Notes under the pieces: generated by a model
The model's input: the letters and a program-made list of their open reading frames with translations, nothing else
Databases searched by the model: none
What the model was told of the DNA's origin: nothing
Shown: piece after piece, positions 10,234 through 21,995 of the stretch
Position numbering within the stretch: position 1 is the first letter of the stretch
Layout: each line of letters begins with the position of its first letter
NCBI GenBank assembly: GCA_965226885.1
Contig: CBDDEL010000017.1
Location: 448,001-512,000 of the forward strand
From: Opitutales bacterium
GTDB lineage: Bacteria > Verrucomicrobiota > Verrucomicrobiia > Opitutales > UBA2987
DNA length: 64,000 nt
Reading direction: 5' to 3'
Program-made: the position numbers and the translations under genes

Positions 10234-10741
10234 ATGGAGCGGGCCGCTGTGATGGCTGCCGGGACCTTTTCGTTAGCCTGCCATTACCCAATGGCGTATG
10301 GTGAAGCGGAAACGGACTTAGTTGGGCTAGAGGAGGCAAACCCCGCCCAAGGGCGTCCGAATGTGGTATTCATAATGAGTGATAACCACGGAGCATGGCA
10401 ACTCGGGTCCTATGGCAATTCTGACATTCATTCTCCTAATATCGACAAACTTGCAAAGGACGGAATCCGGTTTACGAGAGCGATTCGCACGGACCGGTGG
10501 AAATACGTCTGGCGTTACCAACAGCCGGATGACCTTTTCGATTTGAAAAACGATCCAGGTGAATTGCAAAATATTGCGGAGGATTCGTCGCATCAAGATG
10601 TTGTCGCCGGGCTGAAAAAACAACTGGAGGCGTTTTTTTGACAAATACGCCGATCCCAAATACGACATTGTCCATGGCGGAACGTCAAAAACATGGCGAC
10701 CCCCGTTTGTGGAACCCGACCTTATTCCGGCCACTGACTAG
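10234..10741 (+). pseudogene. Sulfatase with the catalytic core deleted and a terminal frameshift
   Basis: N-terminal RPNVVFIMSDNHG...PNIDKLAKDGIRFTRA is fused directly to C-terminal IRTDRWKY...LFDLKNDPGELQN with no CxPxR motif; a T7 run near 10633-10639 shifts out of the tail DKYADPKYD...PATD*. Confidence 0.8.
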
Positions 10742-10755
10742 ACCCGATATGACGA

Positions 10756-11859
10756 TTACGAAAATTGATCGGATTTACTCAACGGCCTCACTCCGCCAGC
10801 CCCTGCTTTGTTGATCGTTCGTTTGGTCGAATTTAACCGAACCTTGTGTTTGACTGTTTCGTGGATGATTTCTCCTCGGTAGCCGTGGATTCTGCGGATC
10901 ATTAGGCGGGCTGCCACCTCCCCCATGCCGAAGCTGGGTTTTACGATTGTATTGACGGTAACGCCTTGGGGTATGCTTTGGTTGTCGTGCAGGAGCATGA
11001 CAAATTGCTTGCCGGGGTCGCGGCCCCAGGTGGTTCCTTGAAAGACATCGTAAAATCCGGAATCTTCCAGGGGCACGCCGATGATCAGGTGCCCGCTGAT
11101 TTTGCGTTTTTTGAATTGGTTCAGTTTGGCCAGAAAATCCCGGTTGTTGCCATGGGTTATATCTACTATGAGCCGGTCTTTTCCCCCTAATCCTACTTCG
11201 AGTCCTTGTAAGCGGGCAAAGGAGGGTACGGTGGTGTTTCCGAGGAAGTAGATGGGCCCTGCGGTCTGCTTGCGCAAATGTTCTCCCACTTGTTGAAAGG
11301 AGGCGAAGTAATCGGGGGTGACTGAGTCGACTTGCACCGCGGGGGTGGGCCGGCAGGTGACCAGGGGCAGTCTTACGGCTTTCAATCGTTCCATCCAATG
11401 GCGGTCGTTATCGAGTAGAAAGGTGTCCATGCCCGAGTGCCGGGTGATGATGCCGGCAAATTTTTGACCGGTCAGGGTGGGTAAGATGTCTCTGCGGATT
11501 CTAAAAAAGTTCTTGGGTCCAAAGTCGGCCACCTGAAAGCCTTTCTGTTCGGCTACATTGCGCACGCCGCTCAAGAACAGGCTGTTGGTCGGGTCGGATA
11601 TTTCGATATCGGCAAAAACGCATATCACGTTGTTGTTGGAGTCCCATCCTTCGACATATACACCGCTGCCGCGCCGGCGCCGGACCAGCCCTTTGCGTTC
11701 CATTTTATCGAGGCTGCGTTCGATGGTGGATTGGCTGACGTTGTAGTCGGCCCTTAACTGGCGCACGCTGGGTAGACGCTCCCCGGGGGTCATTTTATCG
11801 ACCTTCCGCAGCAAGTCGTCGTAGATTATCTGGTATTTGGGAACATAGTTCACGATCAA
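10756..11859 (-). CDS. GntR-HTH / LacI-type sensor transcriptional regulator (AraR-like architecture)
   Basis: PKYQII...PGERLPSVRQL...VSQSTI...RRRGSGVYV wHTH, followed by a periplasmic-binding-protein-like domain. Confidence 0.8.
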   Translation of the reverse strand: MIVNYVPKYQIIYDDLLRKVDKMTPGERLPSVRQLRADYNVSQSTIERSLDKMERKGLVRRRRGSGVYVEGWDSNNNVICVFADIEISDPTNSLFLSGVRNVAEQKGFQVADFGPKNFFRIRRDILPTLTGQKFAGIITRHSGMDTFLLDNDRHWMERLKAVRLPLVTCRPTPAVQVDSVTPDYFASFQQVGEHLRKQTAGPIYFLGNTTVPSFARLQGLEVGLGGKDRLIVDITHGNNRDFLAKLNQFKKRKISGHLIIGVPLEDSGFYDVFQGTTWGRDPGKQFVMLLHDNQSIPQGVTVNTIVKPSFGMGEVAARLMIRRIHGYRGEIIHETVKHKVRLNSTKRTINKAGAGGVRPLSKSDQFS

Positions 11860-12090
11860 AACAGGGACAACCTGGCCGGTTTTATGTTAAGGCCAAGACA
11901 AATCTTATTCTCGACGCCATTTGTTTTTTATTGAGAAAATCAAACCATAGGCTTGACAATTGTAAGGTTCAATCAAAAACTGAAGCTTTCCTCTTTCCTG
12001 TAAGAAATTGAATTCTTGAGAGATTTTCCCTTCCAAACCCAACCTTACCTTCCCCTCCAATCCAGTAAACCTCAATCAACTGCTAGAGCC

Positions 12091-15000
12091 ATGAACAATA
12101 CACACCAGTCAGAAACTAATCCTGTTACCCACCCACTGCCAAAAGGCTTCTCATTTTCAGCCTTTTTTTGTTTTCTTTCCCTAATTTGCCTTATGGCCCT
12201 CCCTCAAAACGTCTGGGCCGGCGATATCAACGGAACGGCTGTAGATGCCAATAATGGATCGTTCTTGCCAGGGGCGAGCGTCCGCATAACAGAATTGGGA
12301 CGCACCACTGCTACCGACCGCAGCGGTGAATTCCGTTTTACCAATGTTGCCGGAGGCAGTTACACTCTGAGCATTCGCTACATCGGTTACGATGCGGCAC
12401 GGGATACAGTGCAGGTGCCCGCAACCGGTTCGGTTTCCACCAGAATTTCTGTTGGAGGAGAAATTGCTGAGCTGGAAGGGTTTACGGTAGAAGGCATGCG
12501 TGAGGGCCGCTCCCGCGCCTTGCAGCAAAAGAGGACCTCCACGGGCATCCGCGATATCATTTCGGCCGACTCCATCGGTAACCTGCCCGACCAAAACGTG
12601 GCCGAAGCTCTCGTGCGGCTGCCAGGTATTTCCCTCGGCTTGTCCCAGGGGGAAGGCCGCTTTGTCTCCATTCGCGGCGTCGAGCCGAACCTGAACAACG
12701 TGACCATCAATGGGGCCAGCGTAGCCAATCCCGGCGTTAACGGCCGCCAGGGTCGTTCCATGCCGCTGGACGTTATCGGCTCTTCCCAGGTTTCCCAGCT
12801 GGAGGTGATTAAATCGGTGACGCCCGGTATGGATGCGCAGGGACTGGGTGGAACTGTCAACCTGGTAACGGCGAGCGGGTTCGATAAAGAAAAGTCCTTC
12901 CTCTATGGAAGTATTGAAGGCGGCTACAACGATATGGTCGAGGATACACAGTATTCGGTTCAAGGAACCTATGGAACGACATTTGGGCCGGACAAGAAAT
13001 TCGCCATGGCCGTATCGGGCAGCTATGAGTGGCGCCCCTATCGAAACGAGCACGTCATTTTTGGCTGGACTGAGACAGAAGACGAAATAAGTGGAAATGA
13101 TTTTGTGGTTCCCACTGTTTTGGAAATTAATCCCGACCAGGGAAACCGCCGCCGCTACGGTTTCAATGGCAAGTTCGAATACCGGCCCGACCCTGATACC
13201 GAAATTTATTTAAACGTCGTCTACAATAGTTTCGTGGAATGGAATACCCACATCGAAAGCAAGCTGGAAGCCGACGGGGACTTATTTTGTGTGAATGCTG
13301 ATTGTTCTCAGGGTTTTTGGGATGCACCGGAAGCTGATGTGCACTGGAAAAAGTGGACACGAGATTCTCCTAAATGGAGAATCGAAGCATGGGAAGAAGA
13401 CGCTTTAGTATAGAGTTCAAAAATGAGGCAGTTCAACTGATGATACTCGATGGTCTGAGCGCCACCGAGGTATCGACCAAACTTGGGGTCAACACCAACC
13501 AATTGTATAGGTGGAAGAGGCTCTATCTGGACGATCAGCAGGGCGAAGCCACCTCAAAGCGACAGAGCAGTCCGAAGGAGATGGCGGCCGAGATAGATCG
13601 TCTTCGCAAAGAGCTGCGCCGCTCGGAGCGGATCAACCAGATACTAAAAAAAACGGTGGGCTACTTTGCCAAGGACGAACAATGAAGTACCAGTTTGTCA
13701 AAGACAACGAGGGGCGCTTCAAGATCGAGGAAATATGCTCGGCGATGGGGATTTGTCGCAGTGGCTATTACTGCTGGAGGCACCGAGCGCCCTCGGCCCG
13801 GCGGATCGAGGACGAGGGAATCAAGGGGGCGATCCTGAAGGTACACAAAGAGGCCAAGGGCCGCTATGGGCATCGGCCAATGCACCGCCATCTGAAGGAT
13901 GATGAGGGCATCGATTGCGGCCGTGACCGGGCTCTGCGTCTGATGCGTGAAATGGGAATCAAAAGCACCCAGAGTAAACGCTTTAAGCCATTAGAAACCA
14001 ACAGTAACCATCCCTATGGTTACAGCCCCAATGTGCTTAAAAAGCATGGCCAGCCGACCCATATCGACGAGGTCTGGGTGGCGGACACGACCTACCTACG
14101 GACCCTGGCCGGTTGGATGTACTTGGCCACGGTGATGGACCTGTTCAGCCGACGCCTGCTGGGCTGGAGCGTTTCCAACCACAACGACGCGAAGCTGGTT
14201 GGCAAGGCCCTCAAAGCCGCGGCCATGACCCGCGGCACACTGCGCACCGGGATTATTCATCACAGCGATCGGGGCAGCCCCTACGCCAGCGACGACTATC
14301 AGAGGCTGGTCTCTGAACTAGGCATGAAGCCGAGCATGAGCGCCCAAGGCAACTGCTACGACAACGCGGCCATGGAATCGTTCTACGGCCGCTTCAAGAC
14401 CAGCACGATTCGAGGCCGCCACTTTGCCGACGAGCGCGAACTGCGATCAACTGTCTTCGAATACGTGGAAATCTTCTACAACCGATATCGCAAACATTCC
14501 TCTCTGAGTTACCAAAGCCCAGTCCAATTCGAGGAAAATATTTGCCCCCCATGGGGGGCAACGAGAAAACAAAACCCTTTACCAAAACAAGCCGCCTGAC
14601 ACACTAATCAATAAACAATGAATATAAGAGAATCCCGTGTCCAACAAATCCAGTACACGTCACTTCGCACCGACCAGAAATTGGTCAACGCCACCTTTGG
14701 TGGAAAGAAAACCTGGAACAACCTGACCGTATCGGGTGAATTTACTTACTCCTTCGCCAGTGAGACAGACCCCTTCAACCATCACACTCAGTTCCGGGGG
14801 CGGGCCAGGGGGAGTCAATTCGTTTTTCGGGATGGGGATACGCCGTATTCTGATATCAACGGGGTTGCCTTTCCTCCGGAAATTGGCGATAACGGAACTG
14901 TTGGCCCGGGTGGAGATCTTCCCATCTTATTTGATACAAACAGCTTAGAGTATGTCTGGACGACCGGGGCTGATATATACGCTGACACGACACGTTATGA

Positions 15001-16648
15001 GCACCGCCGTAATCGGGTCGAAGGTTCCAGTAGCGAGGAAACTACCTTGATTCCAAGAGTCGACGTCCAGTGGGACAGCGACAACTTCCTGGGAACGGGT
15101 CATACCGGGTTTTTCAAGGTCGGTTTCAAATACTTCGACCGGGACCGTTTTGTCGATGACGACTCCTTTCGTCCGGTGGACGGGGACCTGCTCTTGAGCG
15201 ATAATCCAGCCTTTGTCGGGCCGGGTCAGAACGTCCTCTCCTACAATACCGGTTTCGATTACAATTGGGATCCTCTCTTCAACGGCCATTTTGGCGGACG
15301 GGGCACCCCGGATGAACTCCGCCAGCGCACATCGCCTATAACCGGTGAGCCTTTCGAAGTCGATGACTCGGAATCGGTGGAGAACAGTCTCGAAGATGAC
15401 TACAAAATCGGCGAGAAAATCACGGCTTTATACGCCATGGGCAGTATCGATATCGGAGAAAAATTGACCATAATGGGCGGTTTCCGATTTGAAAAGACCG
15501 ATGTTGATTTAGTTGCCAACCAGTTCAACGCACTTGGAAATAATCCCTCCGATATCGATTTGAGCAGTTGCACAGATTCACTGGAGGGCGAATTCTGCGC
15601 TCAAAAGACTGTCAGTAAATTCGATTATGACAACTGGATGCCCAACATTCAGATGCGCTACGAGTTCACCGATAACCTGATCTTGCGGGCCGCCTTTACT
15701 TCGACTATCGGCCGGCCGGCCTTCGAGGACGCGGCCCCCATTTCCCAATTCGAAGCGGAAGATCCGGTTTTTGACGTTGGGAATACTAGCAACGTACCTG
15801 ACGAGTGGGAAAGATTCACCGTCCGTTTGAGAAATCCCAGCCTCAAACCGTATGAATCCAACAACTTCGACGTTTCACTGGAATACTACCTGCCCTCCGG
15901 CGGTCTGCTCGCCGTCGCCTTCTTTCACAAGGCCGTTGACAACCCGATCTTCGAGTTCAGTTTCGACATTAGGGGGGATAGAACGGGATTTGATTTCGAT
16001 GGAGATGGAGTAACAACCAGGACTATTACCGTTGCCGAGATGGAGGAGGTTTTTCTCCGTGTGACTAACTCTACGATTAACAAACTCGGTGTTAATGACG
16101 ATCAAAGAATTGAAAGGCTGCGATTGAGAAGAGGTCAGGAAAACGCCTCCAGCGGCACCATAACGGGCGTCGAACTGACCGCGCAGATCCCCTTCACATT
16201 CCTTCCCCAACCGTTTGACGGATTTGGAGTTGACGCCAATGTCACCCTAATCGACTCGAGTATAGATCTAACTGGCACCAACCTCTTAAAGTTTCAGCCA
16301 GACCGTGAAGGTCTAGACATGCCATTCTTCAGACAACCTGACTGGATTGGCAACGTGTCGCTCTGGTACCAGAAGGGCCGCTTGTCCGGCCGCATAGCGG
16401 TACGCTTCCAGGATAGCCAGTGGGATGAAGCAGAAGATAGCGCATTGCTTGATGCCTGGAGCGCCGAACAGACCTTCTGGGACGCACAGATCGCCTACCG
16501 GTTCAATGACAACTGGACATTCTATGCAAATCTACAGAACCTTACCAACGAGACCGACGACCGATGGACGGGTAATGTTCCCAGCCGCCTCGCAGATCGC
16601 GAAGACTTCGGCGCGACCTACCGTTTTGGTCTTCGCTGGAATTACTAA
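12091..16648 (+). pseudogene. TonB-dependent receptor interrupted by IS3
   Basis: Carboxypeptidase-like N-domain, plug LPDQNVAEALVRLPG/GEGRFVSIRG, barrel RNPSLKPYESNNFD, C-terminal FGLRWNY; split by IS3 at 13335-14662. Confidence 0.88.
13335..14662 (+). mobile_element. IS3-family element, copy 1 (1328 bp; orfA 13374-13685, orfB to 14599), no TSD
   Basis: Ends TGATGTGCACTGG...CCAGTACACGTCA; HTH orfA, A8C slippery site, DDE motifs (WVADTT, HHSDRGS, DNAAMES). Confidence 0.95.
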
Positions 16649-16687
16649 TTTGATTTAGCGCGGCACAACACAGGCGATTTTAATTTG

Positions 16688-16722
16688 ACCAGCCCTTTAC
16701 GGTAACCCCGTGAAGGGCTGGT
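16688..16722 (+). terminator. Hairpin, probable intrinsic terminator after the TBDR
   Basis: ACCAGCCCTTTACGG...CCGTGAAGGGCTGGT stem followed by TTACATTT. Confidence 0.65.
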
Positions 16723-16808
16723 TTACATTTATCCATTCACCATATCCCAATTTAATAAATAGCGCTGTTTGGATGACAAATTTAATCCTCTACCATGTTT
16801 AAGTATTT

Positions 16809-17960
16809 TTGCTAATGCGAATCGTTAATTTCTTGAATCCTGGACTGTTGGTGTTCGGTAATGGATGCGTAACCCGGTGCGCGGAGGATATTTTGTCGAG
16901 GAGACTTAAATCCGTTTTTTTGGTAACCGCCAATCCGGTTGCGGAACTTGCCGATCCCCTGTTAAGCGCCCTGGAAAAGGGCGGCGCAAAAACAACCGTT
17001 TTCAGCGAAATCAATACGGAACCTTCCATCGGCATGTTGGCGGATGCATTGCAGGCGGCTAAAACTGTCATGCCCGATGCCATTGTCGGCCTGGGGGGCG
17101 GTAGTCCCCTGGATGTTGCCAAACTGTTGGCAGCCCTGCTTGGCTCAGAGCAAAAGATTGAAGACGTTTTGGGAATCGGTTTATTAAATAGCAGAAATAC
17201 CTATTTGGCCTGCATCCCGACAACTTCCGGAACCGGTAGCGAGGTATCGCCAAATGCGATCCTTCTGGACGAAAGGGACGGCCTCAAAAAAGGAGCCGTT
17301 AGCCCATTTCTGGTCCCGGACGGCTCCTTCGTCGATCCTCTTCTAACGGTTACTGTTCCACCGCCCGTAACCGCATCCACCGGTCTCGACGCAATGGTCC
17401 ATTGCATTGAGGCCTACGCCAATAATTTCTCACACCCAACAGTCGATATTTACGCCATCAAGGGCATTCGGTTGATAGCGGCAAATCTCCGGCGGGCGGT
17501 TGATAACGGCAATGACATCGAAGCGCGAACCCAGCTATCATTGGGAAGTCTTTACGGAGGAATGTGCCTCGGTCCGGTCAATACGGCGGCCGTCCATGCC
17601 CTCGCCTATCCTTTGGGAGGGGAATTCAAAATCGCCCATGGAGTATCCAATTCCATGCTTCTTCCCCATGTCATCGAATACAATCTGGAATCGGCCGTTG
17701 AACGTTATGCCGATATCGCGGCGGCCATGGGCGTGGAAGAGGGTTCCAGTTCGGAAGAAACGGCCCAAAGGGGTTTACTCAGGATGAAGGAGCTTTCCCG
17801 GCAATGCGGAATCCCGCAACACATGGCGGAACTGGGCGTACCATTAGAAGCCATTCCCAAACTTGCCGCTTCCGCCATGACGGTGACGAGGTTATTAAAG
17901 AACAATCCCCGTGAAATGACCGAAGAGGCCGCTTGCGCTATTTATAAAGCGGCTTATTGA
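16809..17960 (+). CDS. Iron-containing alcohol dehydrogenase
   Basis: GLGGGSPLDVAK, IPTTSGTGSEV, DAMVHCIE, VHALAYPLG, AHG. Confidence 0.92.
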   Translation: MLMRIVNFLNPGLLVFGNGCVTRCAEDILSRRLKSVFLVTANPVAELADPLLSALEKGGAKTTVFSEINTEPSIGMLADALQAAKTVMPDAIVGLGGGSPLDVAKLLAALLGSEQKIEDVLGIGLLNSRNTYLACIPTTSGTGSEVSPNAILLDERDGLKKGAVSPFLVPDGSFVDPLLTVTVPPPVTASTGLDAMVHCIEAYANNFSHPTVDIYAIKGIRLIAANLRRAVDNGNDIEARTQLSLGSLYGGMCLGPVNTAAVHALAYPLGGEFKIAHGVSNSMLLPHVIEYNLESAVERYADIAAAMGVEEGSSSEETAQRGLLRMKELSRQCGIPQHMAELGVPLEAIPKLAASAMTVTRLLKNNPREMTEEAACAIYKAAY

Positions 17961-17989
17961 TAACTCCTAAATTTAATTTAATATAATTT

Positions 17990-18907
17990 ATGATGCTAAC
18001 TGAAAAGAAGAAAAAACACAGCGGCGTAATCGTGCCCATGGTAACGCCCTTTACCGCTAATAGAGAACTCGATGAGAAAGCCGTCTGCCGCTTGATCGAA
18101 CACATCCTGGGCGGTGGATGTCATGGTATCTTTGTCCTTGGGACCACCGGGGAAGCCCTTTCCATGCCATTTTCAATGCGCAAGCAATTGATCAGCCTGG
18201 CGGCAAAAGAAGTTGGCGAAAAGGGACTTTTTTATACCGGTATTGCGGACAATTGCCTGGAGCATTCGCTGGAGTTGGCGCAACATTCCCATGATTGTGG
18301 AGTCGATGCCGTGGTGGCCCATCCGCCCTTTTACTATCCCGTCAGTGAAGACGTATTTTACGACTACTACGAAGAGCTGGCCAACCGGGTGGAAAGTCCT
18401 CTTTTAATTTATAATATTCCGCAAACGACAAATTTGTCAGTGCCGTTGGATGTATTGCAAAAATTGCATGAGCACCCCAATATAATAGGCATTAAAGACT
18501 CCGAGTTCAATGCCGAACGTTTGAGTGAACTCAACAACCGTCTTGGGAAAAAAGAGAACTTCGCCATATTGGTAGGTTGCACATCTCTTTCCTTAAGAGT
18601 CCTCAACGAAGGTTCCGACGGCCTTGTTCCAAGTTCCGGAAATTTTGATCCGGAAGGCGCAAGCCAACTCTATGAAAGCGCCATTTGCGGTAATACGGAA
18701 GAGGCGGCGGCGGCACAAAACCGAATGAACCAGGTAATCGAAGTTTTAAGAAAAGGAAGAAATTTACCGCAAACCATAGCCGCATTGAAGACGGGTTTGG
18801 ATTCGCTAGGCTTGTGCGGAAAAACAGTCTTGCCCCCCCTAAAATCCCTCGGCGAAGAGGACAGCCGCACCGTTGTCGATGACCTTCAAAAATTGGTAGT
18901 GTATTAA
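17990..18907 (+). CDS. DapA/NAL family aldolase or dehydratase; last 7 residues replaced by IS1-derived VY
   Basis: MVTPF, LGTTGE, YNIP, GIKDS; native end GEFNAIV* lies after the IS at 19705-19729. Confidence 0.85.
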   Translation: MMLTEKKKKHSGVIVPMVTPFTANRELDEKAVCRLIEHILGGGCHGIFVLGTTGEALSMPFSMRKQLISLAAKEVGEKGLFYTGIADNCLEHSLELAQHSHDCGVDAVVAHPPFYYPVSEDVFYDYYEELANRVESPLLIYNIPQTTNLSVPLDVLQKLHEHPNIIGIKDSEFNAERLSELNNRLGKKENFAILVGCTSLSLRVLNEGSDGLVPSSGNFDPEGASQLYESAICGNTEEAAAAQNRMNQVIEVLRKGRNLPQTIAALKTGLDSLGLCGKTVLPPLKSLGEEDSRTVVDDLQKLVVY

Positions 18908-19696
18908 GTAGGAATGGTGGCTAATTCTTGATTATATTGATGAATGAAAAGTCTCAGACAGGTTTCATGCATACTCTTAAGCTTGGAAAAGGAGAGGGTT
19001 TTGCGTGTGAAACGACCCAGTCGTTGGCGCAGGGTATTGTTCCATCGTTCCACATGGGCCGTTTCACCGGTTTCTTTTCCCACGGATCGGTTATGAGGAA
19101 AGACTTCATCATAAGTGCTCCAAAAGTCGCTGTAGGTGGCACATCTTTTGTAGGCCCGTGGCAGACGCTCGTAAAGTTCCCGGCAACGATACCAATCCCG
19201 AGGCCCAATGGCATAGGAGAGGATTTGACGGGTGCGTCGGCAAAGAGCGATCCAAACCCATTGGGCATCGCTCTTGCGCCCCACAAAAGACCACAGTTCG
19301 TCCAGTTCAATGACATCATGGCGGCGGGCCGCAAGAATCGTGCTTTTGAGCGGTCGCAGCGATTGTCGTTTTTTTTAACCAACTCAAAACGGTGTTGGGA
19401 CTCACCCCGAAGGCGCGCTGTAAACCGCGTAGACTGCTGCGTTCCTGATAGACTCGAAGGATCATTTCTTTTTGCTCTTCGGTGTATTTCACTGTGGGGT
19501 TTTCGCGGCTTTGTTTACCACAATCATGGCAGCGGTAGCGCTGTTTATGGTTGGGCGTCTTGCCAAATTTAATGATATTTTCACTTCCACAGTGCCGACA
19601 ATTAATAATTTTAGTAACCATGCACTAAGAATAAACTGCCTAACGCTATTTGTACAGCTAAAAATACAAAATAACATTCTTTTTTTATACACTACC
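18895..19696 (-). mobile_element. IS1-family type A (802 bp), 8-bp TSD CAAAAATT
   Basis: GGTAGTGT termini; InsA zinc finger + HTH (19316-19621); InsB ELDE/SDFW/HVER. Confidence 0.93.
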
Positions 19697-19791
19697 CAAA
19701 AATTGGGTGAATTCAATGCTATAGTCTGAACAATCCGCATGCGGGTTTTCACATCCCGCCAAACTAGCTGGACACGATCCAGTTTAATAAA

Positions 19792-20952
19792 ATGATTGGA
19801 ATCATCGCCGACGATTTGAGTGGGGCGGCAGAGATGGCCGGGTTGACATTTCGTTGCGGGCTTGAAGCCGTTGTCTGCTTGCAACCCGAATCAGAAAATT
19901 TGCAAAGCGATGTGCTCATTTTGGATACCGATTCGCGAACTCTTTCAAAATTGGAGGCTGCCGCAAGGTTACGTAAAACTGGCAGAGAACTTCGGAAGAA
20001 AAATCCCGACTGGATTTATAAAAAAGTGGATTCGGTATTTCGCGGAAACATCGCCATCGAGCTGGAAACTTTAAGCGATGTGTGGAAATTTAAGAGCACT
20101 CTTTTAATTCCAGCCAATCCTTCGCTGGGCCGAACCATCCGCGACGGCCGCTATTATATTCATGAACGGCTCCTGGAAGAAACCGATTTTGCGGCTGAAC
20201 CTGAACTTAAAAAAGTTACATCGGATGTTGTCAAACTATTGAATCCTGCCATTGCCGATAAAGCTGTTTCGGCAAAATCGGGAGATTCCGTGTCGGATGG
20301 GAAAATCGTAATTGGAGACGCGCACTCGGCTGATGATCTGATTGGCTGGGCGGAGAAACTGGAGGACGATATCCTGGCGGCCGGCGGATCCGATTTCCTG
20401 GCCGCAATCCTGGAAAAGAGAGGTTTTCAGCTGACTACCCGAACATTATCAAATCAATTTAAATGGCCCCGGCAAACTTTGCTGGTTTCAGGCACGGCGT
20501 CTTCGGCCGGACGGGAAAGGATCAATCAAGCGGAAAGAGAAGGTATTCCCGTTTGCCGTATGCCGGAAGAGCTGATGGAGCCAAAAAGCAACAGCGATGA
20601 ATTTTTGGAAGGATGGCAAAGGCAAATTTCGGCCTGTCTTCGAAAAAGAAAGCTTGTCATTGCAGCCATTGGGCTTCCACGGTCGAATGATCCACTAGCC
20701 CCGTCGAGAATTATTGACCATTTATTGGAACTGACAAAAAAACTGCTCCATGAACAAAAAATCGAACACCTGTGGATTGAAGGAGGAGCTACCGCCTCCA
20801 GTATCATACGCGGGCACAACTGGAATTTTCTAAAAACGTTGCATGAATGGGAGAGAGGCGTTGTGTCATTAACAACGGGAAATAAAGACGAACCGATCCT
20901 GACGATCAAACCGGGCAGTTACCCTTGGCCAAAGGATGTATGGAAAGGATAG
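19792..20952 (+). CDS. Four-carbon acid sugar kinase family (DUF1537) protein
   Basis: IIADDLSGA, DTDSR, YKKVDSVFRGN, GGATA, TIKPGS. Confidence 0.88.
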   Translation: MIGIIADDLSGAAEMAGLTFRCGLEAVVCLQPESENLQSDVLILDTDSRTLSKLEAAARLRKTGRELRKKNPDWIYKKVDSVFRGNIAIELETLSDVWKFKSTLLIPANPSLGRTIRDGRYYIHERLLEETDFAAEPELKKVTSDVVKLLNPAIADKAVSAKSGDSVSDGKIVIGDAHSADDLIGWAEKLEDDILAAGGSDFLAAILEKRGFQLTTRTLSNQFKWPRQTLLVSGTASSAGRERINQAEREGIPVCRMPEELMEPKSNSDEFLEGWQRQISACLRKRKLVIAAIGLPRSNDPLAPSRIIDHLLELTKKLLHEQKIEHLWIEGGATASSIIRGHNWNFLKTLHEWERGVVSLTTGNKDEPILTIKPGSYPWPKDVWKG

Positions 20953-20965
20953 TGTTTTTTAAATC

Positions 20966-21979
20966 GTGAATATATCAAATAATTATAGACCTTTAATTGC
21001 CATTACCATGGGTGACGCGAGCGGAACCGGGCCGGAATTGATCACGATGGCCCTGGCAAAACCCGAAGTCATCGCCTTGTGCCGCCCGGTCGTTATCGGG
21101 GAAGCTAAAACAATGGAAGAGGCATTCAGGATTACCGGAAAGCCGGGAGTGATGAGAAAAATTCATAATTTGGAGGAGGCTCAATTTGAGGAAAATTTTG
21201 TCAATGTACTGGATATGGAAAATATCGACACGGATAAACTCAAACGCGGTGAAATTAATCTTATGGCAGCCACAGCCGCGTTTGCATTTATAAAGTTTGC
21301 GACCGAGCTTGCCCTGGAAGGAAAAGTCGCCGGTATCGTTACTTCGGCAATTAACAAAGAGGCATTAAACAAAGCCGGGTTTCACTATGACGGCCATACC
21401 GGTTTGCTGGCGGAGTTGTGCGGCAACCCTCCGGTGACTATGATGCTGGCGGCGGGTAATTTGCGCGTCAGCCATGTCAGCACTCATGTATCGTTGAGCG
21501 AGGCCATTGGCCGGGTACGGCCGGATCGAATTTTACAGGTGATCGAGCTGATGAATAAGGGCATCGGCGATCTGGGCATTGCAAATCCGAGAATTGCCGT
21601 GGCCGGGCTCAATCCCCATGCCGGTGAAGGCGGACTTTTCGGGAATGAGGAAAGCGAATATATTGCTCCGGCAATCGAGGAAGCCTGCCGAAAGGGTATC
21701 AACGCCTCCGGTCCTCACCCGGGTGACACGGTATTTTTTCAAACAATGGAGGGGGAGTTTGACGGAGCCGTGGCAATGTATCACGATCAGGGCCATGTGG
21801 CCGCCAAAATGCTGGGGATTTGGAAAGGCGTGAATATAACTCTCGGCCTACCGATTATACGCACTTCAGTGGAGCATGGCACCGATTTTCAAAATGCAGG
21901 GAAAGCTAAGGCTGATCCGAGAAGTCTTGTTCAGGCTATAAAACTGGCCACTATAATGGCAAAAAATCGCCGCCTGTGA
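20966..21979 (+). CDS. pdxA: 4-hydroxythreonine-4-phosphate dehydrogenase family (PdxA2-like)
   Basis: TMGDASGTGPE, GHT, STHVSL, GLNPHAGE, MYHDQG, IRTSVEHGT; adjacent to a DUF1537 kinase. Confidence 0.9.
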   Translation: MNISNNYRPLIAITMGDASGTGPELITMALAKPEVIALCRPVVIGEAKTMEEAFRITGKPGVMRKIHNLEEAQFEENFVNVLDMENIDTDKLKRGEINLMAATAAFAFIKFATELALEGKVAGIVTSAINKEALNKAGFHYDGHTGLLAELCGNPPVTMMLAAGNLRVSHVSTHVSLSEAIGRVRPDRILQVIELMNKGIGDLGIANPRIAVAGLNPHAGEGGLFGNEESEYIAPAIEEACRKGINASGPHPGDTVFFQTMEGEFDGAVAMYHDQGHVAAKMLGIWKGVNITLGLPIIRTSVEHGTDFQNAGKAKADPRSLVQAIKLATIMAKNRRL

Positions 21980-21995
21980 AGTCCTCCTAAGAATA

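Noticed and set aside
13511..13682. N-terminal extension of the 362-aa IS3 ORF
   Set aside because: This is the alternative frame overlapping orfA; OrfB more likely begins at the A8C frameshift or the ATG overlapping the orfA stop.
14618..16648. 676-aa ORF as an independent gene
   Set aside because: It starts inside the IS3 end and is the C-terminal half of the TBDR, lacking signal peptide and plug.
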